NCBI GenBank assembly: GCA_963707025.1
Contig: CAVPOM010000018.1
Coordinates: 320,001-384,000 of the forward strand
Length of the DNA: 64,000 nucleotides
Direction: 5' to 3'
Origin: an uncultured Verrucomicrobiae bacterium
Lineage (GTDB): Bacteria; Verrucomicrobiota; Verrucomicrobiia; Limisphaerales; Palsa-1400
Position 1 is the first letter of the stretch. Every line of letters begins with the position of its first letter. A program made the position numbers and the translations under genes. Below are positions 18,067 through 27,297 of the stretch, one piece after another. The notes under the pieces were generated by a model. It did not search any database. It was not told the origin of the DNA and saw nothing but the letters and a program-made list of their open reading frames with translations.

Positions 18067-18756
18067 TTAACATGGCTTCCAGGGCGGTGTCTGCGCCAGT
18101 TCCGCCGGAGACGCGGCGGGCGCGCGCGGCGCCACGGACTCCAGGCTTTCGTCCTGCCCCGGGCTTTTCAGTTTGATCCAGCGTGCCGTCACGCGCGTCC
18201 AGGGATTTCCGGCCGCCCCGCCCCCTTCGGCCTTGGCGGCGCGGGAGTCCTCCGGCCTGGCTTGCACCGCCACCACCACCACGTCGGCGTCGCTCAAATC
18301 GTTTCTAATCACCCTCACTTTCTCCAATGCCAGCTCGGCCTGGGCGCGCGGGCCGGCGTCGGCCGACGGGGCGCCCAGCCGATCCCGGAGATGCGCGACG
18401 GTCTTTGGGACAAAAGCCACCACCGCTGCAAGGAACGCTCCTAATTTTGCGCACCGGCGAAAAAAGACTTTGGGCGCCTGAGGCGGAGGGACCCGATCTG
18501 TCCGATCCGCCGGGTCCGCCCGCTCCGCCCTGTTTTCAGGCAGCGCCGCCGCCGGCGCCTTTGCCGCCGCGAACAGCACCGGCTGGGCGGAGGGCGCGGC
18601 CTGGCTGGCGGGAAGCGGCCCCGCCGCCGCCGCGCGCGCGGCCGGTCCGAATTTTGGAAACTTGTTCACGTTGCGCAAGCTGTAGGCCCCGGTCCGGTCT
18701 TTCGCCCGATCCAGCGTATGGCCCATCGTCAGTAAGGTGATGAGGCGTTTTTTCAT
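18067..18756 (-). CDS. Hypothetical protein embedded in the dcw operon
   Basis: ATGA overlap with the mraZ stop; its stop abuts the rsmH start; contains RAQAELALEKVRVIRNDLSDAD. Confidence 0.75.
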   Translation of the reverse strand: MKKRLITLLTMGHTLDRAKDRTGAYSLRNVNKFPKFGPAARAAAAGPLPASQAAPSAQPVLFAAAKAPAAALPENRAERADPADRTDRVPPPQAPKVFFRRCAKLGAFLAAVVAFVPKTVAHLRDRLGAPSADAGPRAQAELALEKVRVIRNDLSDADVVVVAVQARPEDSRAAKAEGGGAAGNPWTRVTARWIKLKSPGQDESLESVAPRAPAASPAELAQTPPWKPC

Positions 18757-19181
18757 TCGAGGGATTTGAGCGCGCTCGCCACCACTCGTTTTTCCTGCGA
18801 GTGCATGTCCGCGTAGCGCGCGGTGCTCCATATTTCAAAGTAGTCCAGCATTCCGGCAAAAACCGCCTCGTCGCCGATGCCCACCGTCTCGGCCATTTCG
18901 GCGGGGATGACGATCCGCCTGGCGCTGTCCAGTTCCACCTTGACCGAGGAACTGCCGATGTGGCGTTTGAGCGAGGTCTTTTCGGGGGCGGCCATGTTCT
19001 CAATCTTTTCCCGGAGCTTGTCCAATTGGTCCGGCGGCAAAACCCGCAGGCAGGGGCCGCAATCGTGCTGCGGCCAGACGATCATGGTCAACTCCACCGG
19101 TTTGGCGGTCCGCCACGCCAGCGGCATCTGCACCCGCCGGTTCGCATCCACCGTGTAACGGTAGAGCGATTGATACGTCAC
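18753..19181 (-). CDS. mraZ: Transcriptional regulator MraZ
   Basis: VDANRRVQMP, LDSARRIVIP, GMLDYFEIW. Start uncertain: in-frame GTG at 19181; an out-of-frame ATG at 19203 could be the true start if there is a 1-nt indel. Confidence 0.9.
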   Translation of the reverse strand: MTYQSLYRYTVDANRRVQMPLAWRTAKPVELTMIVWPQHDCGPCLRVLPPDQLDKLREKIENMAAPEKTSLKRHIGSSSVKVELDSARRIVIPAEMAETVGIGDEAVFAGMLDYFEIWSTARYADMHSQEKRVVASALKSLE

Positions 19182-19225
19182 TTTCTGGGGGCCGGGCCGG
19201 CATAACACATTTCTTGGTTTAAGTT

Positions 19226-19308
19226 GCCAATACCACACTAGCACAATGAAACACATTTCTCCACATATTTCTCCGAATTTCCCCGATAATAAACACTTTT
19301 TCCCATAT
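19226..19308 (-). promoter_or_regulatory. MraZ-binding repeat array upstream of the dcw operon
   Basis: Minus strand ATGGGAAAAA GTGTTTATTA TCGGGGAAAT TCGGAGAAAT ATGTGGAGAA ATGTGTTTCA TTGTG: roughly 10-bp-periodic TGGG/GTGG-like units. Confidence 0.65.
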
Positions 19309-19333
19309 TCGTCAATGGAAATTTTAGGAAAAG

Positions 19334-19354
19334 TTATTCACAAAGTTATTCACA
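19334..19354 (+). promoter_or_regulatory. Two tandem DnaA-box-like sites
   Basis: TTATTCACA at 19334-19342 and 19346-19354; both match TT(A/T)TNCACA. Confidence 0.6.
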
Positions 19355-19374
19355 ACGTGCTATGCTCGATTCTA

Positions 19375-20457
19375 ATGCCGTCCGGATTGCGCACCGCCGA
19401 TTTCGAAATGGACATCCCGCCCGGATTGATCGCCGCCCGGCCCGCCGCCGCCCGCGACCAATCGCGCCTGCTGGTGGCGCACCGCGACTCCCAAGTTATT
19501 GAACATCAACAGTTTCCATTCCTGCTGGAACATCTGCGCAGCGGGGATGTGCTGGTCTTGAACGATTCGCGCGTCATCCCCGCCCGCCTGCGCGGACGCA
19601 ATCCTCAGACCGGCGGCCACTTTGAAATCCTGCTGCTGGAAGAAACCGGGACCAACGTCTGGTGGGCCATGCTGCGCCCGGGCCGCCGCGCGCGGCTCGG
19701 CACGCGCATCGAGATTCTCGACCATCGCCAGTGGCCAGCCGGCATCGCCGCCACGGTCGAGGAAATCAACCTCGCCGGCCACCGCCGCCTGCGCTTCTCC
19801 GAAGTCAATAATATATTTACCGAACTGGACGCGCTGGGCGAAGTCCCGCTGCCGCCTTACATCGGCCGGGACGGCACGGAGCCGGAGGACCGCGCACGGT
19901 ATCAGACGGTTTATGCCCGCGCGCCCGGCAGCGTGGCGGCCCCCACGGCGGGTTTGCATTTCACGGAGGCGCTGCTGGAAAAGATCCGCGCGCGCGGCGT
20001 GAAAATTGGTTTCGTGACCCTGCATGTGGGCGCGGGAACTTTTGCGCCGGTCAAGGCGGAATTCCTGGCGGAGCACCGCATGCACCGGGAGCGGTTTGAA
20101 ATCCCTCCCGAAACCGCGCGCCTCATCGCCGAAGGCAAGGCGGCCGGGGCGCGCCTGGTGGCGGCGGGCACGACCACGCTGCGCGTTTTGGAAAGCGTGG
20201 CGGCGGCGAACGCCGGGCAGATCGTCCCCGGGCGCGGCGCGACGGATATTTTCATTTACCCGCCGTTTGAGTTTAAAATTGTTGACTCGCTCCTCACTAA
20301 TTTCCACTTGACACGCTCCACCCTGCTCATGCTGGTCTGCGCCTTTGCCGCGCCGGGGGGGACGGGCGGGCGGGCATTCATTTTCCGGGCCTACCGCGAG
20401 GCGGTGGAGCGGCGCTACCGCTTTTTCAGCTACGGCGACGCCATGCTGCTGCTGTAG
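19375..20457 (+). CDS. queA: tRNA preQ1 S-adenosylmethionine ribosyltransferase-isomerase QueA
   Basis: NDSRVIPARL, PLPPYI, GSVAAPTAGLHFT, LHVGAGTF, TNFH, RFFSYGDAML. Confidence 0.96.
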   Translation: MPSGLRTADFEMDIPPGLIAARPAAARDQSRLLVAHRDSQVIEHQQFPFLLEHLRSGDVLVLNDSRVIPARLRGRNPQTGGHFEILLLEETGTNVWWAMLRPGRRARLGTRIEILDHRQWPAGIAATVEEINLAGHRRLRFSEVNNIFTELDALGEVPLPPYIGRDGTEPEDRARYQTVYARAPGSVAAPTAGLHFTEALLEKIRARGVKIGFVTLHVGAGTFAPVKAEFLAEHRMHRERFEIPPETARLIAEGKAAGARLVAAGTTTLRVLESVAAANAGQIVPGRGATDIFIYPPFEFKIVDSLLTNFHLTRSTLLMLVCAFAAPGGTGGRAFIFRAYREAVERRYRFFSYGDAMLLL

Positions 20458-20458
20458 G

Positions 20459-20490
20459 AAATGCTAAATGCTAAATGCTAAATGCTAAAT
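20459..20490. repeat. (AATGCTA)n heptamer tandem repeat
   Basis: About four units after the queA stop; a related inverted array lies at 23992-24016. Confidence 0.75.
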
Positions 20491-20506
20491 TTCAGAAAAC
20501 GGCCGT

Positions 20507-23066
20507 TCAGTTTGCATCCAGAATGTTTATGCTGGCCAGGGGGCGGCGGCTCGGCCTGAGCTGGAAAAAATGGGATTTCCCGTCCTTATAACCGTCGCTG
20601 TAAGCGTCCGGAAACATGCGGAATACGGGCGCCCAGCAAGTGAGCGTGCCGTCCTTCGCCAAGGCCCAGGTCTCGAAGTCGTCCGCCGAGGCGGTCAGCC
20701 AGTCGTGGTATCGGCTCGGGCGCTTGGTTTGAAACGAGGTGCGGTCAATCGCCCAAAATGTGCCATCCGCCTCGAGAGCAATGAATTGAAAAGCACCGTA
20801 AGACACGCCCAACCAATCTGATTTGGTTCCGATGCGACCAAGCTCCAACACGCCGCCTTTGGGGATTTGAGAGCCGAAAAGGGTGGTCGCCGCCCACGGG
20901 TTTACATAGGCTTGACGAAGACCGCCGGCCCACAGGGTGCCATCGGTGCGAACGGCCATTGTCATCCAATCATAGCCCGCCAGGGACGACCAATTGGTCC
21001 CTTCCAAGTCCGTGCGGACCAATCGGTAATAGACAGAGTAGTTGGTGATGCCTCCCTTCACGGGCGTGCCGTCGTAGCCCCAGGTCCAGATGCTCCCGTC
21101 GCGCTTGACGGCCCTGGCCTGCCCCGTCGCAAAGACATCCACCCAATCCGATTCCGGCCAAAGCTGAACAGGATCAGAAATGGCCATCGGGCGCCCATTT
21201 GTGCCGAGTCGGGTGGGGAGGGCCCCAAATTGATCGTATCCCCATCCCCAGATCGTGCCATTCTCTTTGAGAGCCAGGAACAAACTTTGTCCCGCAACCA
21301 CCTTCTTCCAATCCGAATCAGATCCAATTTGGCCGGAAGCCCCCTTGCGGGTAAACTTCCAGAGCGTGCCGTCTGATTTGAGGACGGCCGCGCCTTCGGA
21401 GCGGCTGGCGGCCAGGTCCACCCAGTTGGAGCCGCCGACCCAATGGCCGGAAAGATTTTTGAACGCGCGATCCGGCCGGGTTCGATCCGTTTGGCCAGCC
21501 CAGAGCCGTCCATCGGGCAGCATGGCATAAAAATATCCATCCGACCATGCCTCGGCAATCATGGCCCGCCCCGGGCCGCTCAAGCGGGCCGGGCCGTGGC
21601 GCGGTTCCAGCGGCAGGACATATTCCCAAGCGCGGGCGTAAATCGCGCTGGCCGCCAGCAACGCGGAGAGGAACACGGCGGTGAGCCAGATGAAATTCCC
21701 CGTCCAGAGGCGCCAGCCGGTTTGCAAAACTTTGTAATTGCGGAAGGCCAGCCAGAAATAGGCGATGAGCATGGCCGGCCCGGCAAGAGCAGGAGAAAGC
21801 CAGCCGCCAAAACTAATCACGCCCGAGCCAAGGCCGGTTTTCGGCAATACAATTCCAACGGCTGTCAAGAATAGGATTGGAAAGAGCAAGCCCACCGTGA
21901 AGGCTTGCAACATGCCGCGGCTCATGGTGGAGGCGAAAAAGGAAACCGCGGCGGTGATGGCGGCGGCTGCGACAAGTTTTTGCAACGGGTCGAATCCGAT
22001 CCATTGCCCGGCTGGCGCCGCCCACATTTTCCAACACCCAGGGAACCACCCCGCCCAGCACAATTCCCAGCGCCATCACCACCGCGAATTTGACCAGGAA
22101 TGGACTCCTCTGGCGCGCCGGCAGGCAGAGAAGACCTTCCAGGGTGTTGTAGCGCCGCTCCTCCGCCACCGCCACGCATCCCACCACAAAAGGCGCCGCC
22201 AGCCAGAGAAGCCCCGCGAACTCAAGAACCCCCGTGTTCGCCGCCCACGCCGGCGCAAAATGCCGCACGGCCAGCGCCGCCAGATGCAGGAGCAGGAGCA
22301 AGGGAACGATCATCATCGTCAACTCCTGCAATTGCAGTTCCTTGAAAATCAGCGCGAGCCACGGGCCGCGCCGTTCCTGGAATCCGAAGCCGAGCCAGCG
22401 CAACGGCAACCCTCGCATCTTCGGCAGGGAAACCTGCCGGCCCGTCCAGGCCAAAGGCACATCCTCCGCGCCCAGGAAGAGCTTGCGCGCCGCAAAAAAT
22501 CCCAGCGCCGAATAGGCCGTCATGACGCAAAAGACGGCCCGTTCCATCAAGGCACCGTTGTCAATCCAATGCAACAAAGCGAGGACCGTGGCCATGAGTA
22601 ATGCGGCTGGGGCGATGACGGCGGCAAAGAAAGCCGTGGTGACATCCCGCAACAACAGCGTGCTCCAGAGCCCGCTGGAAAAGGCCACGAGCGCCGCCAC
22701 CCCGCTGCCCACGGCCATGTCCGTAAAAGAATCGAAATAAAAATCATAAGAGAAAAATTGAAGGCTCAACCACCCGCACAAGACAAACACGGCCCAGGCG
22801 CTCAGCATCGCCAGAGCGAGCAGCCCGGCCTTGATCCTCCAAAAACGCTCGCGCTTTTCCGGCTGGCTCAAGAGGAGGCCGAACGTCCCGCAACTCATTT
22901 CCTGTCCAAATGGAGTCAAACCTAAGAATAATATCGCCAGGTCAAAACACGGCATGGTCGCGCCTTGATAATTCCGCCCCGCCCAAAGCGGCAGCGTGGC
23001 CGCCGCCAGCGCCGCCACCCAGGCCGGCCGCAGCAACCGCAATTCCTTGCGCAGCAGGGCATTCAT
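20507..23066 (-). CDS. ABC transporter permease with a C-terminal RCC1-like repeat domain (frameshift near 22010)
   Basis: MNALLRKELR start, two permease-like halves (LIFKELQ, AEERRYNTLE); continues in another frame (GQWIGFDPL...) into ALKENGTIWGWG, AVKRDGSIWTWG and AVRTDGTLWAGG repeats. Confidence 0.75.
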
Positions 23067-23969
23067 AATTTCGCCGGGCTGAGGATTTTGGAGGAGACAA
23101 AAATCTCCTCCAGCGACAACGCTTCGCAGCGCACTTCCTCCGGGTCGGCAGGCCCGCAGGATTTCCAGCAGCGGCCCGCTCGACCCGTTGCAGAGCAATT
23201 CCAGCTCGCGCCCGTTGCGCCGCACCTCCAGCGCGCCGGGCAGCTTCACGGAGAGCGGCAGCGGTTCGGCAAAACGGGCGCGGATCTTTTGGAATCGCTC
23301 GCGCGCGCTGTCCGCCTCCATCGTCAAAATCCCCCGCCCCTGCTCGATGATGGTGAATTCGTCAATCAATCCCTCAAACTCCGCGATCAGGTGCGTGGAG
23401 ACAAAAACCGTGCGGTTCTCCGGGTCGCCCGACTGGTAGGCGCCGATGACCGTCTCGATGAATTCGCGGCGCACGATCGGGTCCAGCCCCGAAGTCGGCT
23501 CGTCCAGCACGAGCAATTCCGGCTCCGGCGCAATGGCGCTGATCAAGGCCAGTTGCGTTCTCTGGCCTTTGGACAAGTGGGACGTTTTTTGGCCGGGGTC
23601 CAAATGGAAGCGTTGCAGCAGGCCCGCCTCGACCCCGCTGTTCCAGCGCGGCCGGAAGGACGCCAGATAATCCAGCGTCTCCCGCACGGTCATCCACGGA
23701 TAAAACGCCACGGCATCCGGCACGTAGCAAAGGCGGGACTTGACGGCCACTTCCTCCTTCCCCGGGTCCAGGCCAAAGACGCGCACCGTCCCCGCCGTGG
23801 GCTGAAGCAGGTTGAGCAGGCATTTGATCGTGGTGGTCTTGCCCGCGCCGTTGCGGCCGAAAAAGCCGTAGCAGCGCCCCGGCCGCACGCTCAGGTTCAG
23901 GCCGTTGACCGCGTCCAATTTCCCATAGCGCCGCGTCAAATCCTTGATTTCGATAATCGGAGAATTCAT
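23063..23969 (-). CDS. ABC transporter ATP-binding protein (frameshift near 23145)
   Basis: GRNGAGKTT, LSKGQ, LVLDEPTSGLD, STH. The natural end PEEVRCEALSLEEIFVSS...KL* is in another frame and overlaps the permease ATG. Confidence 0.88.
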
Positions 23970-24004
23970 GGCGATCGTTTAGTTTTTTTATCATTTAGCA
24001 TTTA

Positions 24005-24403
24005 TCATTTAGCATTCGCTTTTTTGTCCTCAAAAAAGCCCAGCCGCTCGCGGACGAGGGTCAAAAAAGTCTCCGCATCCACCTGCAGGTGGTGCGAGGC
24101 GACCACCGCCTCGTCAATTTCCTTGATCAACAGCTTGTGCCGGACTTGTTTGGTGAACGGCGAATGGTTTTCCTTGAGAAAGCAGCCCTTGCCCGCGATG
24201 GTTTCAATCACGCCCTGGCTCTCCAACTCCGTGTAAGCCTTGGCCACCGTGTTCCGGTTCACGCGCAACTCCTCGGCCAGCGGGCGGATGGAGGGCAGCG
24301 GCTCGCCGGGCCGGACCGCCCCCGAAGCCGCCGCGTAGCGGATCTGGTCCACCACTTGCAGGTAAACCGGCTTGCCCGATTTAAAATCAATCTGAATCAG
24401 CAT
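24005..24403 (-). CDS. GntR-family (YtrA-type) transcriptional regulator
   Basis: PVYLQVVDQI, LPSIRPLAEELRVNRNTVAKAY, GKGCF; precedes ABC genes. Confidence 0.92.
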   Translation of the reverse strand: MLIQIDFKSGKPVYLQVVDQIRYAAASGAVRPGEPLPSIRPLAEELRVNRNTVAKAYTELESQGVIETIAGKGCFLKENHSPFTKQVRHKLLIKEIDEAVVASHHLQVDAETFLTLVRERLGFFEDKKANAK

Positions 24404-24507
24404 AAAAATCTCACTGTCATAGGACAGTATGACAGTTTGGCCGGAATGTCAATGGGAAAAATGAAAAAATTGCAAAAAAAGAAAACCAGCCGGTTTTGGC
24501 CGGGCCG

Positions 24508-24620
24508 GGAAAGGCGGATGGCCCTTGGCCGAGCCGTGACTTCTTCCGGGGATATCGAGTTGCGGCTCGGCGGAGCCTCGCCCTGCCATTTTGAAATCAA
24601 TTCACGGCTCGGCGGAGTCC
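24508..24620. repeat. REP-like palindromic element (GAGCCG...CGGCTCGGCGGAGCCTCGCCCT family)
   Basis: Related to the copies at 27196-27276 and 63463-63544. Confidence 0.6.
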
Positions 24621-24783
24621 CGTGCTGGCGGCGTGCCGTTGCATCCCGCCCTGGTTGTGCCGGCGCCCGGCGCGTCGCGGCACGCGCCGGCCTTGGCCGC
24701 ACAGAAGTGAGGGCGCACCGCCGCCAGATTGGTCATCTTTTGCGAGCTTGCGCCGCACAAAATCCATCCGTAAGATTCGGCCC

Positions 24784-27165
24784 ATGAAAGCATCCATGAA
24801 AAAAGCAAACTTCCTCTGCGCGCTGATGGCCGGGCTGCTCTTGCTGCCGGCGGGCCGGGCGGCGGCGCAGAACTTTACCAACCTGTATAGTTTTACCAAC
24901 GGCAGCGACGGAGCTTTCCCCAACGATAGCGTAGTCGTATCGGGCAGCACCCTTTATGGGACCGCGGAGCAAGGAGGCCGCCCCGGCTATGGCACGGTGT
25001 TCGCCTTCGACAACAATGACTTGATCTTCACGACTTTGCACAGCTTTACCAACGGCCACGACGGCGCTTATCCGGTGGCCGGTTTGCTTTTATCGGGCAA
25101 CATTCTCTACGGGACTTGCGTGGAGGGCGGCGATGAGGGTTTTGGCAGCGTGTTTTCCGTCAGCACCGACGGCCTGCATTTTAAGACCTTGCACAGCTTT
25201 ACCAACGGCGGCGACGGAGCTTACCCGTATGCCGGCCTGATTTTATCCGGCGACACCCTGTACGGGACGACCTATGCGGGCGGCACCAACGACACCGGCG
25301 TGGTGTTCGCGCTCAACACTAATGGCACGGTTTTTAGCAGCCTTCATAATTTTGCGGCGGGTCAGAGCATTGGTGCGTATGGATATACCACCAACAGCGA
25401 CGGAGCCTATATGTTCGACAATCTGGTTCTTTCCCTTGGCACGCTCTATGGGACGACGCTGGAAGGCGGAGGTTTGGGTTTTGGCACCGTCTTCGCCCTC
25501 GGCACCAATGGCTTGGGATTCACCAACCTCTATTTCTTTACCAACGGCAACGACGGAGCGTATCCCGAGGATGACTTGCTTTTATCCGGGCAAACTCTGT
25601 ATGGGACGGCAAATTCAGGCGGCAGCAATGGCTATGGCACGGTCTTCGCTCTGGGCACCAACGGCGCGAATTTTACGACCCTTTATCTTTTCACCAACGG
25701 CAGCGACGGTTCTGTTCCGATAGGCGGATTGATTTTATCGGGCAACACCCTGTATGGCACGGCGGAGGAGGGCGGCACCAATGGCAATGGCACGGTCTTC
25801 GCCCTCCTGACCAATGGCACGGGTTTTACACCCCTTTATAATTTAACTTACGGCAGCGACGGAGCTTACCCGCTGGATGAATTGTCGCTGTCCGGCAACA
25901 CCCTGTATGGGACCGCGCACCAAGGCGGCAGCAGCGGCGTTGGCACCCTCTTCGGCATGGGTGTGAACATCCTCCAGTTCCTGGCCGACCCAAGCGCCGG
26001 CGCGGCAGCGCTCACGGTTAATTTCAGTTCGCCGGGGGTTGACGATTACAGCAATGCCATCACCAGTTGGAACTGGACTTTTGGCGATGGCGCCGCCAGC
26101 ACGGAGCAGAATCCATCGCACATTTATACCGCCGCGGGCACTTTCTTTCCCAGCCTCCTGGCTACCAACAGCAACGGCCTCCTCATTTCCGAAACCGGGC
26201 CGTCCATCGCCGTGTCCCCGCCCACCACCGTTTTGTTCACCGCCAATCCAACCAGCGGCCTGGTGCCGCTCACGGTCAGCTTCGCCGCGGCAGGCGTTGA
26301 CAACGCCGGCAATCCCATCAGCAATTGGAACTGGACCTTTGGCGATGGCGCCGCCAGCACCTCGCAGAACCCCTCCCACACCTACACCACCTCCGGCGCC
26401 TATTTCCCCGCTCTCCTTGCCACCAACAACCTGGGCAACACGCTGGCCGGGTCCGGCCCCGCCTTGATTACAGTCACCAATACGGCCGGCTATTCAGGTT
26501 TGATTCTCAACGGCGGCTTTGAAACGGGGGATTTCACCGGCTGGGCTGTTGCCGGCGCCGTTTCCAACGTTCTGGATACATTTGTTGACAGTGGTTCCGG
26601 ATCCGGAATCAAGCCCTACTCCGGCGGTTATCTGGCGGCTTTGGGCCCGGTGGGTTCGCTCAGTTATCTTTCCCAAGCACTGTCCACCAGCCCCGGAACG
26701 TCCTATTTCCTTTCGCTGTGGCTGGACAGCCCCGATGGCCAGACTCCCAATGAGTTTCTCGTCTCCTGGGCTGGCAGCACCCTCTGGGATGAAACGAATA
26801 TCCCCGCCATCGGCTGGACCAACCTGCAGTTCCTGGTCACGGCCTCCGGCACCAACTCCGTTCTGCAATTCGGATTCCGCGATGACCCGGGCTATCTCGG
26901 ACTCGATGCCATCAACCTCGGGCTGGCGCAGCCCGGCATTGCCAGCTTCACCCTGTCCGCCAACAATCTGGTGCTCAACGCGACCAATGGCCAGTCCGGC
27001 GGGACCTATTATGTGCTGGCCAGCACCAACCTCACCCTGCCGTTGAGCCAGTGGACGCGCCTGGCGACCAACGTTTTGAGCACGAGCGGTAATTTCACCA
27101 CCCTGGTCACCAACAGCGTCACTCCCGGCGCCGGCCAGCAATTTTACATCCTCCAGTTGCAATAA
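24784..27165 (+). CDS. Secreted GloVer-type repeat protein with two PKD domains and a C-terminal sorting-like domain
   Basis: Signal peptide; about 7 LYGT..GG..G.GTVF repeats; two WNWTFGDG...QNPSH.Y PKD motifs; LNGGFETGDFTGW domain; ASTNL...W...QQFYILQ terminus. Confidence 0.88.
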   Translation: MKASMKKANFLCALMAGLLLLPAGRAAAQNFTNLYSFTNGSDGAFPNDSVVVSGSTLYGTAEQGGRPGYGTVFAFDNNDLIFTTLHSFTNGHDGAYPVAGLLLSGNILYGTCVEGGDEGFGSVFSVSTDGLHFKTLHSFTNGGDGAYPYAGLILSGDTLYGTTYAGGTNDTGVVFALNTNGTVFSSLHNFAAGQSIGAYGYTTNSDGAYMFDNLVLSLGTLYGTTLEGGGLGFGTVFALGTNGLGFTNLYFFTNGNDGAYPEDDLLLSGQTLYGTANSGGSNGYGTVFALGTNGANFTTLYLFTNGSDGSVPIGGLILSGNTLYGTAEEGGTNGNGTVFALLTNGTGFTPLYNLTYGSDGAYPLDELSLSGNTLYGTAHQGGSSGVGTLFGMGVNILQFLADPSAGAAALTVNFSSPGVDDYSNAITSWNWTFGDGAASTEQNPSHIYTAAGTFFPSLLATNSNGLLISETGPSIAVSPPTTVLFTANPTSGLVPLTVSFAAAGVDNAGNPISNWNWTFGDGAASTSQNPSHTYTTSGAYFPALLATNNLGNTLAGSGPALITVTNTAGYSGLILNGGFETGDFTGWAVAGAVSNVLDTFVDSGSGSGIKPYSGGYLAALGPVGSLSYLSQALSTSPGTSYFLSLWLDSPDGQTPNEFLVSWAGSTLWDETNIPAIGWTNLQFLVTASGTNSVLQFGFRDDPGYLGLDAINLGLAQPGIASFTLSANNLVLNATNGQSGGTYYVLASTNLTLPLSQWTRLATNVLSTSGNFTTLVTNSVTPGAGQQFYILQLQ

Positions 27166-27195
27166 CCAAGACCCGGCGATTCAATTCCCCCCCCC

Positions 27196-27276
27196 GGCAG
27201 GGTCCCGATTCATCGGGATCGAGCCGTGACTCGATTCCCTCGAAAAAATCACGGCTCGACAGGGTCTCGTCCTCCC
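27196..27276. repeat. REP-like palindromic element between convergent genes
   Basis: ggcagggtcccgattcatcgggatcgagccg...cggctcgacagggtctcgtcctccc; the first 31 nt recur inverted at 63514-63544. Confidence 0.72.
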
Positions 27277-27297
27277 GTCTTGGAATCCAATCCCCCC

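Noticed and set aside
19310..19360. oriC
   Set aside because: Only two DnaA boxes, no evident unwinding-element repeats and no origin-linked genes nearby.
21813..23969. 718-aa ATPase-permease fusion ORF
   Set aside because: Product of frameshifts; the natural ATPase end (SLEEIFV...*) overlaps the permease ATG in another frame.
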